This document shows positions 15,987-32,186 of a DNA stretch of 64,000 bases, piece by piece. Source of the DNA: the human T2T-CHM13v2.0 reference genome, Homo sapiens; the NCBI RefSeq assembly GCF_009914755.1, contig NC_060937.1; one strand, 5' to 3'. How positions within the stretch are numbered: the first letter of the stretch is position 1; each line of letters starts with the position of its first letter. The translations under genes were made by a program, and so were the position numbers. The notes beneath the pieces are model-generated. The model ran no database searches. It was not told where the DNA came from and saw only the letters and a list, made by a program, of their open reading frames with translations.

Positions 15987-17482
15987 CACTAATATTGTGT
16001 TCTTAGTTTTGACAAATGAACTTCAATAGTGGAAGATAACAACATTAAATAAAACTGAAATTGGGTGAAAGTTATACAGAAAATATCTGTACAATCTTTG
16101 CAATGTTCCTGTGAATATATTTTTTGAACATAAAAAGCTTATTAAAACATATACTTGTCATCAATCCTCTTGAAATTAACATTATGAATGCCAAAAAATA
16201 ATGTATTTTTCTAATTATTACTTATGAGAAATCCAGCATGCTTTATTGTTTTCCTCCATGGTTTCTCCCAGCTGTGGTATTTTTTTTCTTAATGTTAGAT
16301 ACTATTCTCAATATTACATAGTCCATGAAATATGGTCAATATGTATTATTATCCCAGTTTTATTTATTCAGTGCTTAGGAAAAATCATATTGCCTACTAC
16401 TTTAATTGCATGTTAGCAAATATAACACAAGTTGGGCAAAGCCTTATTTTAGTTAGATTTAGTTAATGACATACCACATAGTAAGTAATAGAGGATAGGA
16501 TTCAGATATACATCATAATATTAAAACTTGATATTGTTGATGAAATCAACATATGGTTGAAGCAGTTTTATCTATCAATTCCACCTTGAATTAGCATAGG
16601 AGGTGAGAAGAGAAGGCTAAGGGATAACAAGTAAACATAAAAAAATTCAGTTCCTGAACCTGTTCCACAGGTACACAGTGCTGAATGTTGTTTCTCCTTA
16701 AGTATCAAGGAAATTATGTTGTGAATTTGGATCAGCGATATGATTTTTGTTGTGTAGCCAATGAACAATTTTCTCCAGTTGGGATACGTGTGAAAATTGC
16801 CCAGAAGAAATGCTTGAAATGATGAGATTTTCAGATAGCTTGTTTTGGGCCAAACCCTTTTGGTCTAGTTCCATTATATTCCCTAATTCATAGCACTGTT
16901 ATGAACACACAGTTACAATTCCATCTAAATAGATATGGTAGATGCATAAGAACTGAATAAGTGCATTCAATGCACAATTGCCACACTCTTGCTCTGAAAA
17001 AATAGGAAAATGACGTGAAAATGGATTCCAAGTGTTCATGTAAGGGAAGAATAATTTCCCATTCCATTTTCCCAAATCATAGTCAAAATTCTCTTCCTAG
17101 ACTCTCTGATTTCTTTTTAGAGATGGGGGAGGGGGAAATAAAGTAATAAAGCTCTTTATCAAGATTATCACACTTATTTTCCTTTTTGTCACGTGTCCTG
17201 CAAGCTTTTCTCATTTTCCAAATTGTTCTTGTTAAAGGATAAAAACAATGAAGAACATGGTGTGCAACCCATTTCGTTTTTGAACCCGTGGTTATAACAT
17301 AGTTGAGTTTTCTTCGCATATGAAATTTTAAGGTATATGGCTCAATGAGGAAGTAGAACATATTTGAAAGACAATTTACAATAAATTCTGCTTGTTTTCT
17401 ATCCAAAATTTTGTGTATTAGAGCTCTTTATAGTCCTTTGTGGATAAGCAGTCAAGAAAATTCTGTAAAAGTGCCTAGTTCT

Positions 17483-18678
<1,196 letters not shown>

Positions 18679-21337
18679 TTATACTCTCTCCTAGTATTCC
18701 TTCTATTCTGATAATTCTATCTATGAGCCTTACAGTTTGAAGGTGTAAGGGAATACCAATGAAATCTGACAGAGTACTGAAGTAGAACTCCTTCACAAAA
18801 GTTTTTACTTCCATACTACATTACCCTTGCCAGAAAAGAATTTCTCAAATTTTTGCCTTTCAAGCATAGCATTGTTTTCTTTTAAGGCAGAACTATAATC
18901 TCTCTGTTAAGTTCAAAACAATTCTCTCTCTTCTCACTGTGTATGTATACAGCTATATTTAATGCATATTACATAGCTATAAGAACATGCCTATGTTTTT
19001 CTCTCCATTAGAAAGTGGGTTGGTTGACTCCATGAATCCATGTTATTAATCTAATTTTTCTACTGGAGCTTACAAAATGCTGTAGACATAGTCACTGGAC
19101 ATAAATGACACTTCTGACAAAATACAGACATTCCTTCTTACTGGTTTATGCATGCAAATAAAAACAAGTCACTTCTGGCAATTACATATGCCCAATTATG
19201 TTGTTACTTTCCACCTGAAGCATTCATTAGGGATATGTTGCCTTCCAGAAAGTTTTTAGTTGCACAATTGCCACAGTTAAAATTCTAGGTTCAAGTACCA
19301 ATACCTTGACATTTGGCTGAGTATGGCAACTACAGACAGAAAATATTTGTGTGACATGATGAATGTGTTTTTACTTGGAACATTTTTTCCACCAACGACA
19401 TATAAATATACTTTGTCACTTCCAAGTATAGATGCTTAGTAAATAGTTTCATATCACGGTGACCCCATCCCTTTACCCCACAACATTTAGAATGTCAATG
19501 AGTAACTTAGAATTAAAATCTGTAGCTGTTCAAGACAGATGAATAAAAAAAAGACACATTTATGCCTCTGAGTGCACCAGAAGGTGCAAAGTTTATTGTT
19601 CTACCACATGCTGCAGACTTTATTATTTCTACAGTGAAATCTACAAACATAATGAAATTGAATTGAATATCTAAAGGTGGATATGTACCTTGAGGGCACT
19701 TCACAAATTCTCACACTGAGAGAAGAAAGAGCAAGCACATAAAGAAAAGACAGAAAAAATATATATAACCTAAACTGGAAACTACTGAGAAGAATAAGAA
19801 ATAATAAGATTGGAGAATTGATAGAATAATGAACTGGAAATTCCTTTTTTAATCCAGACTCTGAGCAAAAGATTTGATATGCATATTTCCTGGTTGAACA
19901 AAGTAACTGGAGTTTTATTATAACATTATAAGTATTATACAGTTATCAATTTTATAACTAATGTATATATAGAAAATATATCTTGATCGATGTTGAATTA
20001 ATTAGTATCAATCTTAAAAATACAATTGAATATTGAGCTTTATTTTCTTAACTATATTTTTGCCTGAATTATGTAGATAGCTTTTGAATCCTCTATTCTA
20101 TTTAAATACAAGTGAAACTTTTGATGAAGCAGAAAATAACATGAAATTTATGTTCAGGAAATGTGAGCAACATGCTTTCAGATGAGTATATAGGTGAGCA
20201 GGAACTAATGTTTGGATGGTTATTAACAAAAGGTCATTTAGCTCAGTTTTTTATATAAACTAGTTATTACTTGAGGAAGGATTTATCTATCAGGTCTGCT
20301 TATATATAATTTTCAATCTAGATGTTTTCTAGAAATTCCTTTATTACTTTTAATCCCGATAGCCATTTATCACCTATGTGTTCCTATAAAAATTTTGAAT
20401 GTCCTATGGTTCCCATTGACTATATATTAACATCCAACAGATGGAAGCAGAGCAGAGATGTGTATAATGAGACAGTAGGACAATGTCATGATGGAGTTCT
20501 TTATTCCACAGTTAAAAAAAAAAGTCTATTGATATGATAGTCTTAAAAACCTGAAAAACATGCCTGACGATTTTTCTACTGACATTGGAAATGTTGGTTT
20601 TTATTAGGTGTGATAAAGTTTCTAACAATGACTATCACTTTACCTGTTATTATTCATATAATATATAAAACGACATTCTCACATTTTCAATGAGTGGTTC
20701 ACTACATGACATTTTCTATGCATAGGAGAATGGCCAGAAAACAAATTAAGAAAGGGAGAGTTGATAAATAATCAACGCTAAGTATGTGTTAACTTGGTGT
20801 CAGAATTATCCGTGAAGATGTGTTATGTGTCAAAATGTAAGAAATTAGTAATTAAATATATAAACAGGATAAAGGATGATATAAACTTCCGTTGATGGAA
20901 AAGTAAACAATAGTAGCACAATAGAATTGTGGTTTCAAATCATTCCATTTTCTTTCCAGCAAAGTTAAAACATCAACAGTGACAGATTTAACTAAATAGC
21001 ATCAAAAACAGTAGTCAGATTATAAAAAATAACTTATTTACACTCAAGTACATAAAATTGACTCCAGGTACATTTGTACATTAGAATCTTTTCCTCAACT
21101 TTCTATAATTTTACAGTAATTCAAATACTTTTTATCCTTTCACGGTACCTATTGTCAATACTAAAATGTCTGATAAAAACAAATCTCATTAGGTAGACAT
21201 ATAATGGATTACCTCATTATTTAGATTACATGTTATCTAAAGAATCTACCTGAAGAGGGCAATACTAAACCCAAAGTAATGAATCTCTAATGATAGACTG
21301 GCAGGTATTATGAAAACTGAGTAAAAAGGCTATTTTA

Positions 21338-22319
21338 CACCAAAAGCAATGGCAACAAAAGCCAAAATTGACAAATTGGATCTAATTAAACTAAAGAGCT
21401 TCTGCACAGCAAAAGAAACTACCATCAGAGTGAATAGGCAACCTACAGAATGGGAGGAAATTTTTGCAATCTACTCATCGGACAAAGGGCTAATATCCAG
21501 AATCCACAATGAACTCAAACAAATGTACAAGAAAAAAACAAACAACCCCATCAAAAAGTGGGCCAAGGATATGAACAGACACTTCTCAAAAGAAGACATT
21601 TATGCAGCCAAAAGACACATGAAAAAATGCTCATCATCACTGGTCATCAGAGAAATGCAAATCAAAACCACAATGAGATACCATCTCACACCAGTTAGAA
21701 TGGCAATCATTAAAAAGTCAGGAAACAACAGGTGCTGGAGAGGATGTGGAGAAATAGGAACACTTTGACACTGTTGGTGGGACTGTAAACTAGTTCAACC
21801 ATTGTGGAAGTCAGTGTGGTGATTCCTCAGGGATCTAGAACTAGAATTACCATTTGACCCAGCCATCCCATTACTGGGTATATACCCAAAGGATTACAAA
21901 TCATACTGCTATAAAGACACATGCACACGTATGTTTATTGTGGCACTATTCACAATAGCAAAGACTTGGAACCAACCCAAATGTCCAACAATGATAGACT
22001 GGATTAAGAAAATGTGGCACATATACACCATGGAATACTATGCAGCCATAAAAAATGATGAGTTCATGTCCTTTGTAGGGACATGGATGAAGCTGGAAAC
22101 CATCATTCTCAGCAAACTATCGCAAGGACAAAAAACCAAACACCGCATGTTCTCACTCATAGGTGGGAATTGAAGAATGAGAATACTTGGACACAGGAAG
22201 GGGAACATCACATTCTGGGGCCTGTTGTGGGGTGGGCGGAGGGGGGAGGGATAGCATTAGGAGATGTACCTAATGTTAAATGTGGAGTTAATGGGTGCAG
22301 CACACCAACATGGCACATG
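21338..22319 (+). mobile_element. L1PA4-like, 5'-truncated (copy A); its true 3' end appears to be 30444-30510
   Basis: ORF2 C-terminus + 3' UTR; left TSD AAAAAGGCTATTTTA at 21323-21337 recurs at 30511-30525. Confidence 0.88.
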
Positions 22320-22402
22320 TGGCACATGTATACATATGTAACTAACCTGCACATTGTGCACATGTACCCTAAAACTTAAAGTATAATTTAAAGAAAAAAA
22401 AG
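22320..22402 (+). mobile_element. L1PA terminal ~80 bp + poly-A (probably a second, donor-derived L1 end)
   Basis: Starts at the second copy of tandem TGGCACATG; its poly-A is not followed by the copy-A TSD. Confidence 0.65.
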
Positions 22403-24130
22403 GAGATAAGAGATTTTTGAGTAAAACTACAGAAAAAGAGAGGGTTCTCTCCCTCCTAGTTGGCCTGATGCTGTCTTTATTAGGGCTTATTGTTTGGGAA
22501 GCTGAGTCTCCTCACTATCAAAGGGTAAGCTGTTTTGTATTACCATTTTTGCTAAATGAATGGCTATTTTATAGTGACTTGTAATCCTGTTTTGTGATGT
22601 CAAGTGTCTTAAAACTTTGATCTCTAACAAACTTTCCAATGGCAAAATTTCAAGTTCTAAATTCAGTCTTTTTGACCTCAAACTAACTTTTTTGGGTATA
22701 AGGTTCCCTGAATCCAAGAGAGACATATTAGGTTTATTCGGCTTATTTGTTATGTTAGAATTATGCAGGAAGCATTGTCAATCTCAGGTGGTGTTCAGCT
22801 TCCTTTGGGTTTTATTTATTTATTTATCTATTATTTATTTTTTAGATGGGTCTTGCTCTGTTGCCCAGGCTGGAGTGCAGTGGCACAATCTTAGCTCACT
22901 GCAGCCTCTGCCTCCCAGATTCAAGAGATTTTTGTGCCTCAGGCTCCCAAGTAGCTGGGATTACAGGCATGAATCACCACGCCCAACTAATTTTTGTATT
23001 TTTAGTGGAGATAAGGTTTCACCATGTTGGCCAGGCTGGTCTTGAACTCCTGACCTCAGGTGATCCACTCGCCTTGGCCTCCGGAAGTTCCAGGATGATA
23101 TGACAGTTATAAAATGAATACATGTCTTAATATATGTTGTCACAGTAATTATTATTATTATGTTAAGTTGTATGCCACAGGAATAACAAAATACTCTTGT
23201 TAACTGTGCCTTTAACTATGGCTGTCTTAAAACTTTTGTCATCCACAATTGTAGTTTTGCTTTGATCCTTCTCAAAAAGTGACTTATAATCAGCTACAGT
23301 CCAGGGCTTTCTTCTTTGGGGAAGTTTATGAAAAATTCAACCTCTCGAATGCAGTTTTCTGATAACTTTGTAGACTGTGCCATTGGATTAGAGAGAAAAC
23401 TTCCAGGGCACTAATTGAAATGCTGATATGTTCATAAAGATTGCTAACTCAATATGAAGGATACCAGAAGTTGATTGCATGGACTGAATTAATGGAGACT
23501 GAAATAATTTGTTATGGTTTTTTCGTTTGAAATATTGCTGATTCTTTTTGTTTTGTTTTTCAGAGTCTGGAGAATTTTTTTCTTTGGAGCTTTTTATTGC
23601 CTCTGAGTATACTTTAAGTATATTGAATACAGTATGCTTTCCTCAAACAGAATTTGAGGCATAGTTCTCTCTATGCCTAACTTATCCAGAATTTGTAAAT
23701 TATTTGTGAATATTCTTAATTCATGGCAATGTGTTTGTTTGCATAAGTTCAATAAGAATCTATTTTATTTTACACTGTGACACAGGTGGATGAACTGGCT
23801 ATTTTCCCAGGTCTTTGACTGAAATGGCCTTGTGAGAGGTTCCAGCAAGGCCAATTTAGGAGAGCCTATGTGGACAGCAATTCTTGCTGCACTTTGTGGG
23901 ATAATCAGGCCACGTTTATGGGACTCCAGCTTATTTTGCGGGTAGATTTGTCTCGCTGAGATTTGTCTTTGGTGGAAGTAGGGGACTGGAAAAAGAAAGA
24001 TTGTTTCAGAAGAAAAGGATAGTATTAGATTAACCTTTGATTCCTGGGGGGCCACATAGCCACCCATGGTATGAGGCTGCCCAGGATGCCCCTCCTCAAT
24101 ATGAAGCATCCAGAATGATCAACAAGATTC
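22403..24130. mobile_element. ERV1 internal sequence (MER4-group-like), interrupted by Alu
   Basis: Motifs such as TCTAAATTCAGTCTTTTTGACCTCAAACTAACTTTT and TTTGACTGAAATGGCCTTGTGAGAGGTTCCAGCAAGGCCAATTTAGGAGAGCC resemble non-autonomous MER4-group internals; exact family uncertain. Confidence 0.55.
22810..23081 (-). mobile_element. AluS, 5'-truncated
   Basis: Antisense Alu ending at GCCTTGGCCTCC. Confidence 0.88.
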
Positions 24131-24173
24131 CCCATGAATGAGGAATTGATATTTATGTACCTGGTATATGATT

Positions 24174-24461
24174 CTTTTTTTAAGATGGGGTCTCTGTCTA
24201 TCGCCCAGACTGGAATGCAGTGGTGCTATCTTGGCTCACTGCAACCTCTGCCTCCTGGTCCAAGTGATTCTCCTGCCTCAGCCTCCTGAGTAGCTGGGAT
24301 TACAGGTGTGTGCCACCATGCCTGACTAATTTTGTGTTTTTAATAGAGATGTGGTTTCAGTATATTGGCCAGGCTGGTCTTGAAATCCTGACCTCAAGTG
24401 ATCTGGCTGCCTCAGCCTCCCAAAGTGCTGGGATTACATTCGTGAGTTACTGCACCCAGCC
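24174..24461 (-). mobile_element. AluS
   Basis: Full antisense dimer. Confidence 0.88.
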
Positions 24462-24489
24462 TATTTAAAAAAAAAAAAAAACAAGCCCA

Positions 24490-25273
24490 AAAACCTATAA
24501 ACCATTTAAATTTAGCAGTGGAGGGTTTTATACCAACTTTAGTGACACTAAATGTTAATAAGTTCTGATAACCCACTATCATTGGACCAACCTGTACTAT
24601 AATTTTTGTCATTATTTTAGAGCGTATGGTTAGAAGTTAACCGTAAAACAGCCTCAGGCAGGTCCCTCAGGAGGTATCCAAAAGTGGGCATTGTTATCAT
24701 AGGAGGCGACAGCTCCATGCCTGTTATTGCCCCTGAAGACCTTCCAGTGGGACAAGATGTGGGGATGGAAGACAGTGATATTGATAATCCTGACCCTGTG
24801 TAGGCTGAGGCTAACGTGTGTGTCTATGTCTTGGTTTTTTTAACAAAAAACTATTAAAAAGTAAAAAAAAAAGAAAAATTTAATTAAAAAAGCTTATAAA
24901 ATGAGGATATAAAGAAGACATTTTTGTACAGCTGTACAATATGTTTGTGTTGTAAGTGAAGTGTTATTACAAAAAAGTAAAAAAGTTAAAAAAAGTTTAA
25001 ACATTTATAAAGTTTAAAAGTTACAGTAAGCTAAGGTTAATTTATTATTGGAGAAAACAATTTTAATTAATTAGTGTAGCTTAAGTGTGCAGCGCTTGTG
25101 AAGTCTGCAGTAGTGTATAGTAGTGCCCTAGGCCTTCACATTCACTCACCACTTACTAACTCACCCACAGCAATTTCCAATCTTGCAAGCTCCATTTATT
25201 TATGGTAAGTACTCTATACAAGCATATCTTTAAAAAAAATTTTATACTATATTTTTACTGTACCTTTTCTATG
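24490..25273. mobile_element. Tigger3-family (MER7/Golem) DNA transposon fragment
   Basis: CAGCCTCAGGCAGGTCCCTCAGGAGGTATCC...GAAGACCTTCCAGTGGGACAAGATGTG...TTTTTACTGTACCTTTTCTATG; truncated at the CTAGE 5' end. Confidence 0.75.
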
Positions 25274-28247
25274 GGCCTGTGAGGTCTGTGCGTTCCCGCG
25301 TCCCCCAGCTCCCCCCGCAGCCGGCTCCTCAGTGGTCCGCTCTGGTTGCCAGGTGCAGATTCTGTTCCTAACTGAAAGCTGAGTGTTCTCCGCAGCTTAT
25401 TGTGGCCCCGACAAGCCTGGGTAACTGCGGCCATCGCCAGAGCAGCCTTGGCGCTATGGAGGCGCCCAGGGCTACCCCTCAGCCTTACTGGGGGCTGGTC
25501 CTGGAGGAGCCACGCAGGGTTATGGCAGCACTGACTGAAGGCAGGAGACCAGATTCGAATCCTTATGGATTACCATGGGAATTGGTGATATGTGCCGCTG
25601 TCGTTGGATTTTTTGCTGTTCCCTTTTTCTTGTGGAGAAGTTTTAGATCGGTTAGGAGTCGGCTTTATGTGGGAAGAGAGAAAAAGCTTGCTGTAGCACT
25701 TTCTGGACTAATTGAAGAAAAATGTAGACTACTTGAAAAATTTAGCCTTGTTCAAAAAGAGTATGAAAGCTATGAAATAGAGTCATCTTTAGACGATTCC
25801 AGCTTTGAGAAGGAGGCAACAGAAGCACAGAGTTTGGAGGCAACCTGTGAAAAGCTGAGCAGGTCCAATTCTGAACTGGAGCATGAAATACCCTGTCTAG
25901 AAAAGGAGTTAAAAGAAGAGAAATCTAAACATTCTGAACAAGATGAGGTGATGGCGGATATTTCCAAAAGGATACAGTCTCTAGAAGATGAGTCAAAATC
26001 CCTCAAATCCCATGTAGCTGAAGCCAAAATGACCTTCAAGAGATTTCAAATGAATGAAGAAAGAATGAAGATAGGAATACAATATGCTTTAAATGAAAAT
26101 TCTCAACTTCAGGAAAGCCAGAAACAGCTTTTGCAAGAAGCTGAAGCATGGAAAGAACAAGTGAGTGAACTTAATAAACAACAGAAAATAACATTTGAAG
26201 ACTCCAAAGTACACGCAGAACAAGTTCTAAATGATAAAGAAAATCACATCAAGACTCTGACTGAACGCTTGCTAAAGATCACAAAGATCAGGCTGCTGTG
26301 CTGGAAGAAGACATAACAGATGATGGTAACTTGGAATTAGAAATGAACAGTGAATCAGAAGATGGTGCTTACGTAGATAATCCTCCAAAAGGAGCTTTGA
26401 AGAAACTGCTTCATGCTGCTAAGTTAAATGCTTCTTTAACAACCTTAGAAGGAGAAAGAAACCAAATTTATATTCAGTTATCTGAAGTTGATAAAACCAA
26501 GGAAGAGCTTAGAGGGCATATTAAAAATCTTCAGACGGAACAAGTATCTTTGCAGTTGGAAAACACACATTTTGAAAGTGAGAATCAGAAGCTTCAACAG
26601 AAACTTAAGGTAATGACAGAATTATATCAAGAAAATGAAATGAAACTCTACAGGAAATTAATAGTAGAGGAAAATAACCGGCTAGAGAAAGAGAAACTTT
26701 CTAAAGTAGATGAAATGATCAGCCATGCTGCTGAAGAGCTGGAGACCTGCAGAAAGCAAGCAAACGATCTTGAAGAAGAATTTCAGAGAAGTATTCATGT
26801 TTATCAAGGGAAGATTATATACCATTAGAAAGAAGCACACGATAATTGTTTGGCAGCATGGACTGCTGAAAGAAACCTTGACGATTTAAGGAAAGAAAAT
26901 GCTCACAACAGACAAAAATGAGCTGAAACAGAGTTTACAATTAAACTTTTAGAAAAAGATCCTTATGCACTTGATGTTCCAAATACAGCATTTGGCAGAG
27001 AGCATTCCTCATATGGTCCCTCACCATTGGGTCGGCCTTCATCTGAAATGAGAGCTTTTCTCTATCTTCCATCTTTGTTGGAGGGTCCACTGAGACTCTC
27101 ACCTTTGCTTCCAGGGGGAGGAGGAAGAGGCCCAAGAGGCCCAGGGAATCCTCTGGACCACCAGATTACCAAGGAAAGAGGAGAATCAAGCTGTGATAGG
27201 TTTACCGATCCTCACAGGGCTCCTTCTGACACTGGGTTCCTGTCACCTCCATGGGAACAGGACTGTAGGATGATGTCTCCTCCACCAGGACAATCATATC
27301 CTGATTCAGCTCTTCCTCCACAAAGGCAAGACAGATTTTATTCTAATTATGCTAGACGCTCTGGACCAGCAGAACTCAGAAGTTTTAATAAGCCTCCTTT
27401 GGATAAAATGGATGGGTCAATGCCTTCAGAAATGGAATCCAGTAGAAATGATACCAAAGATAATCTTGGTAATTTAAATGTGGCTGATTCATCTCTCCCT
27501 GCTGGAAATGAAGTGACTGGCCCTGGCTTTGTTCCTCCACCTCTTGCTCCAATCAGAGGTCCGTTGTTTCCAGTGGATATGAGGGGCCCGTTCATGAGAA
27601 GAGGACCTCCTTTTCCTCCACCTCCTCCAGGAACCATGTTTGGAGCTTCTCCAGATTATTTTCCACCAAGGGATGTCCCAGGTCCACCACGTGCTTCCAT
27701 TTGCAATGAGAAATGTCTATCCACCGAGGGGTTTTCCTCCTTACCTTCCCCTAAGACCTGGATTTCCCCCCACCACCCCCACATTCTGAAGATAGAGTGA
27801 GTTCCCTTCAGGGTTGAGTCTGCCTTCAAATGAGCCTGCTGCTGAAGATCCAGAACCACAGCAAGAAACCTGACAATATTTTTGCTCTCTTCAAAAGTCA
27901 TTTTGACTGTTCTCATTTTCAGTGATTACACTTTTGCTCAAATTGAAACTTAATAGAATTATAATTCTCGGGATAGTATTTTGTAAATAAGGATGATTTA
28001 AATATGAATCTTATGTGTAAATTATTTCCATTTTATTTTATTCTAGATAGTATAACTATTTTAATTTGGTTAACTAATCCACTATTATATAAACAATAGT
28101 GGGAGTTTTATATATGTAATCTTGCAGGTGGGGAGGCTTTACATTTTAAAGGCCATGGCATTTAAAGAACTGTATTTACTGTGATTGTAGACAAATGTGA
28201 AATTAACTTTATGCTTAATTAAATAAATTTTAGTTGATTTAAAAAAA
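25274..28247 (+). pseudogene. CTAGE: Processed CTAGE-family pseudogene (retrocopy of MIA2/CTAGE5 mRNA); coding remnant 25456-27873
   Basis: Intronless [18 protein letters not shown]...[14 protein letters not shown] (TM), coiled coil, proline-rich domain, ...PEPQQET*; frameshift near 26280, stops at 26826-26828 and 26919-26921, frameshift near 27700; GC-rich 5' UTR, AATAAA near 28222 and short A tract. Specific paralog not identified. Confidence 0.95.
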
Positions 28248-28274
28248 TATATAGGTTGCATTATTCTTCAGGTA

Positions 28275-28802
28275 TGGAGAGACCAACAGAACAAGAGTCA
28301 ATTGCCACTGAAAAGATAGTTTGTTACTCACAGATCCCAAGAGAAAGGAAAGTACTATTCCATGCAGGACCAAATAGGGAGACAGTATGGTCAGCGAGAA
28401 GGCAGGAGTGATGGAAAAAGATGGGCAAGAGCCTTTACGGTGGTTTCCATGGGAAGGAATAAGTGAGGCAAGATGAGCAGGGTTAAGGTTAGCTATTTTA
28501 GTTTGAGTAATTTCAGCAAGCTCTGGTTATAGGGGCTGTCCCTAGTTGTCTGGTACCTGGCTCTGGAGTGCTCAGGGCAGAGGAGTAGTGGCCTAGAGTG
28601 TGTGAGTCCTGTGGAAGCCTGATGAAATAGGTAATTGGGGGCATGAGCTCTGGACTGGTTAGTTTGTTTGTGAAAAGCACTCTCATGCGCAAGTTATTTA
28701 CTGTCTCTAGGAATTGGCTAACCCTGGGAGGGACAGGCCTGCCAAGGTCAGCAAGGCCCTAGATGTCGAAACGTCAGAATACATAAAAAGACATGGTTAA
28801 TA
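28275..28802 (-). mobile_element. ERVL-class LTR (MER76/LTR47-like)
   Basis: TCTCTAGGAATTGGCTAACCCTGGGAGG...GGTCAGCAAGGCCCTAGATGTC...GGTTAATA matches the antisense start of this LTR group. Confidence 0.6.
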
Positions 28803-28920
28803 TGGTATCAGAGCCTCTGTCTTCACGTGGCCTCTCATGAAGGGCTCTAGAGTGAGTTCCCTTAGGGGATGTCAAAGGTCGTTCAAGACAGCAGAAGCCA
28901 CAAGGCAATGTAAAGCCTTA

Positions 28921-29144
28921 GTAATATCTAAAAGAAGATATTCCTCCTGATATCATGGTGGGTGTACACCCTGTGATATTATTTGTAATATCTAAAAGAA
29001 GATATTAGGAGTAATATCTCCCTTAGATATTATAAATCATATTTTCAAAGGATGTACACCTCTGTGATATTGGAGAAATACCTCCCTTAGAAATTACAAA
29101 TCATATCATCACAGGGTGTACCCCCACTGTGATATTAGGAGTAA
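28921..29144. repeat. SATR1/SATR2-type satellite fragment
   Basis: Repeated GGGTGTACACCC..TGTGATATT(A/G)GGAGTAATATC units. Confidence 0.8.
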
Positions 29145-30441
<1,297 letters not shown>

Positions 30442-30443
30442 TT

Positions 30444-30510
30444 TGTATACATATGTAACTAACCTGCAGGTTGTGCACATGTACCCTAAAACTTAAAGTA
30501 TATTAAAAAA
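30444..30510 (+). mobile_element. L1PA extreme 3' end + poly-A (completion of copy A)
   Basis: TGTATACATATGTAACTAACCTG...CTTAAAGTATATT(A)n followed by GGCTATTTTA. Confidence 0.85.
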
Positions 30511-30696
30511 AAAAAGGCTATTTTAGGGAAGTAACTTTTGGATAAATTTCAAGTTCTATACATTTATTTCACTTGAGCATCTTTGAATTCTTAGGTACTG
30601 TTAGGTAATAAGTATAGAAACATAAATAAAAAAATGCTCTTTGGATAATGATTTTTTCTGCATATTTGAATTACCAACAGACACATACATGTACAA

Positions 30697-30730
30697 ACAC
30701 ACACACACACACACACATACACTCTCTCTC
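30697..30730. repeat. (CA)n/(CT)n microsatellite
   Basis: Direct reading. Confidence 0.9.
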
Positions 30731-31087
30731 ATGTATACAGCAACAAATGATCCTCAGTCAAGAGCTGTAGTTTAATCATGAACCACTTTGGGATATAATT
30801 TTAATGCATAATCTTCTAGTAGATGCAAAAACATTGCCTAAGTATAATACAAGATTTTGATTAGTAGTTTGATTTTTAATGTAATGATTTAATTTTTTTT
30901 ATCTTCTCTGTTACCTTTTGTCATTGCTTGATTAATATGTGGCTTCTAATGCCAAGCTAAGATTCTAGTTTCCAAGATAATTGAATTAGAAACTTAGTTT
31001 CTTCAACACTGCTGAAATAGAAGAATTTGGTTGTTCAGTTATATTCAGAGTACAAGGCATAAAACACCAACATTAAAAAAAAAAAAG

Positions 31088-31567
<480 letters not shown>

Positions 31568-32134
31568 TTATATAAAGGTAAAGCCATAGGGTAGAGATAG
31601 GCTTGTGCAATTTAATATTAATCTATAAAATGTATTTAAGAAACTAAATATTATTACACATACAGCTTATCCTTTCTTTAAAATTTGTATATATGTATGT
31701 ATAGAAGAAAATATGTGTTCATTTTAACTCATCGGAGAATTGAAAACAAGTATGCATGTATATGTAAATATGCATATATATTATATTTATGCATGATTTA
31801 TATAATTATGTAGACTTTTCCAAATCAGAGATAACCTTGAATAATATATTCATAACTATATACACATACGTACACACATGCACACATTCATTCACCACCA
31901 CACATTATGGTCTACATAATGACCTCTATATGGCGAGAAAAAGAGATTGAATATGTTATTAAGATGGTTCATGTTTTTCTTCTGGATGATTTTCAGCTGT
32001 ATATGTTTCATTGCCTTGAGTTTTTATTTTGAAAAGGCCAGTCACTAGGGAGGGATTGAGACCCTATTTCATAAGGGAAAATTTTTATCATTATTGACCT
32101 GCTCATGGAGAAAGAGCAGCCAGAGGGGAGAAAA

Positions 32135-32138
<4 letters not shown>

Positions 32139-32184
<46 letters not shown>
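32139..32184. repeat. (CA)n microsatellite, about 22 units
   Basis: Direct reading. Confidence 0.95.

Positions 32185-32186
<2 letters not shown>

Noticed and set aside
25274-28247. Assigning a numbered CTAGE paralog or chromosome
   Set aside because: Cannot be determined without a database search
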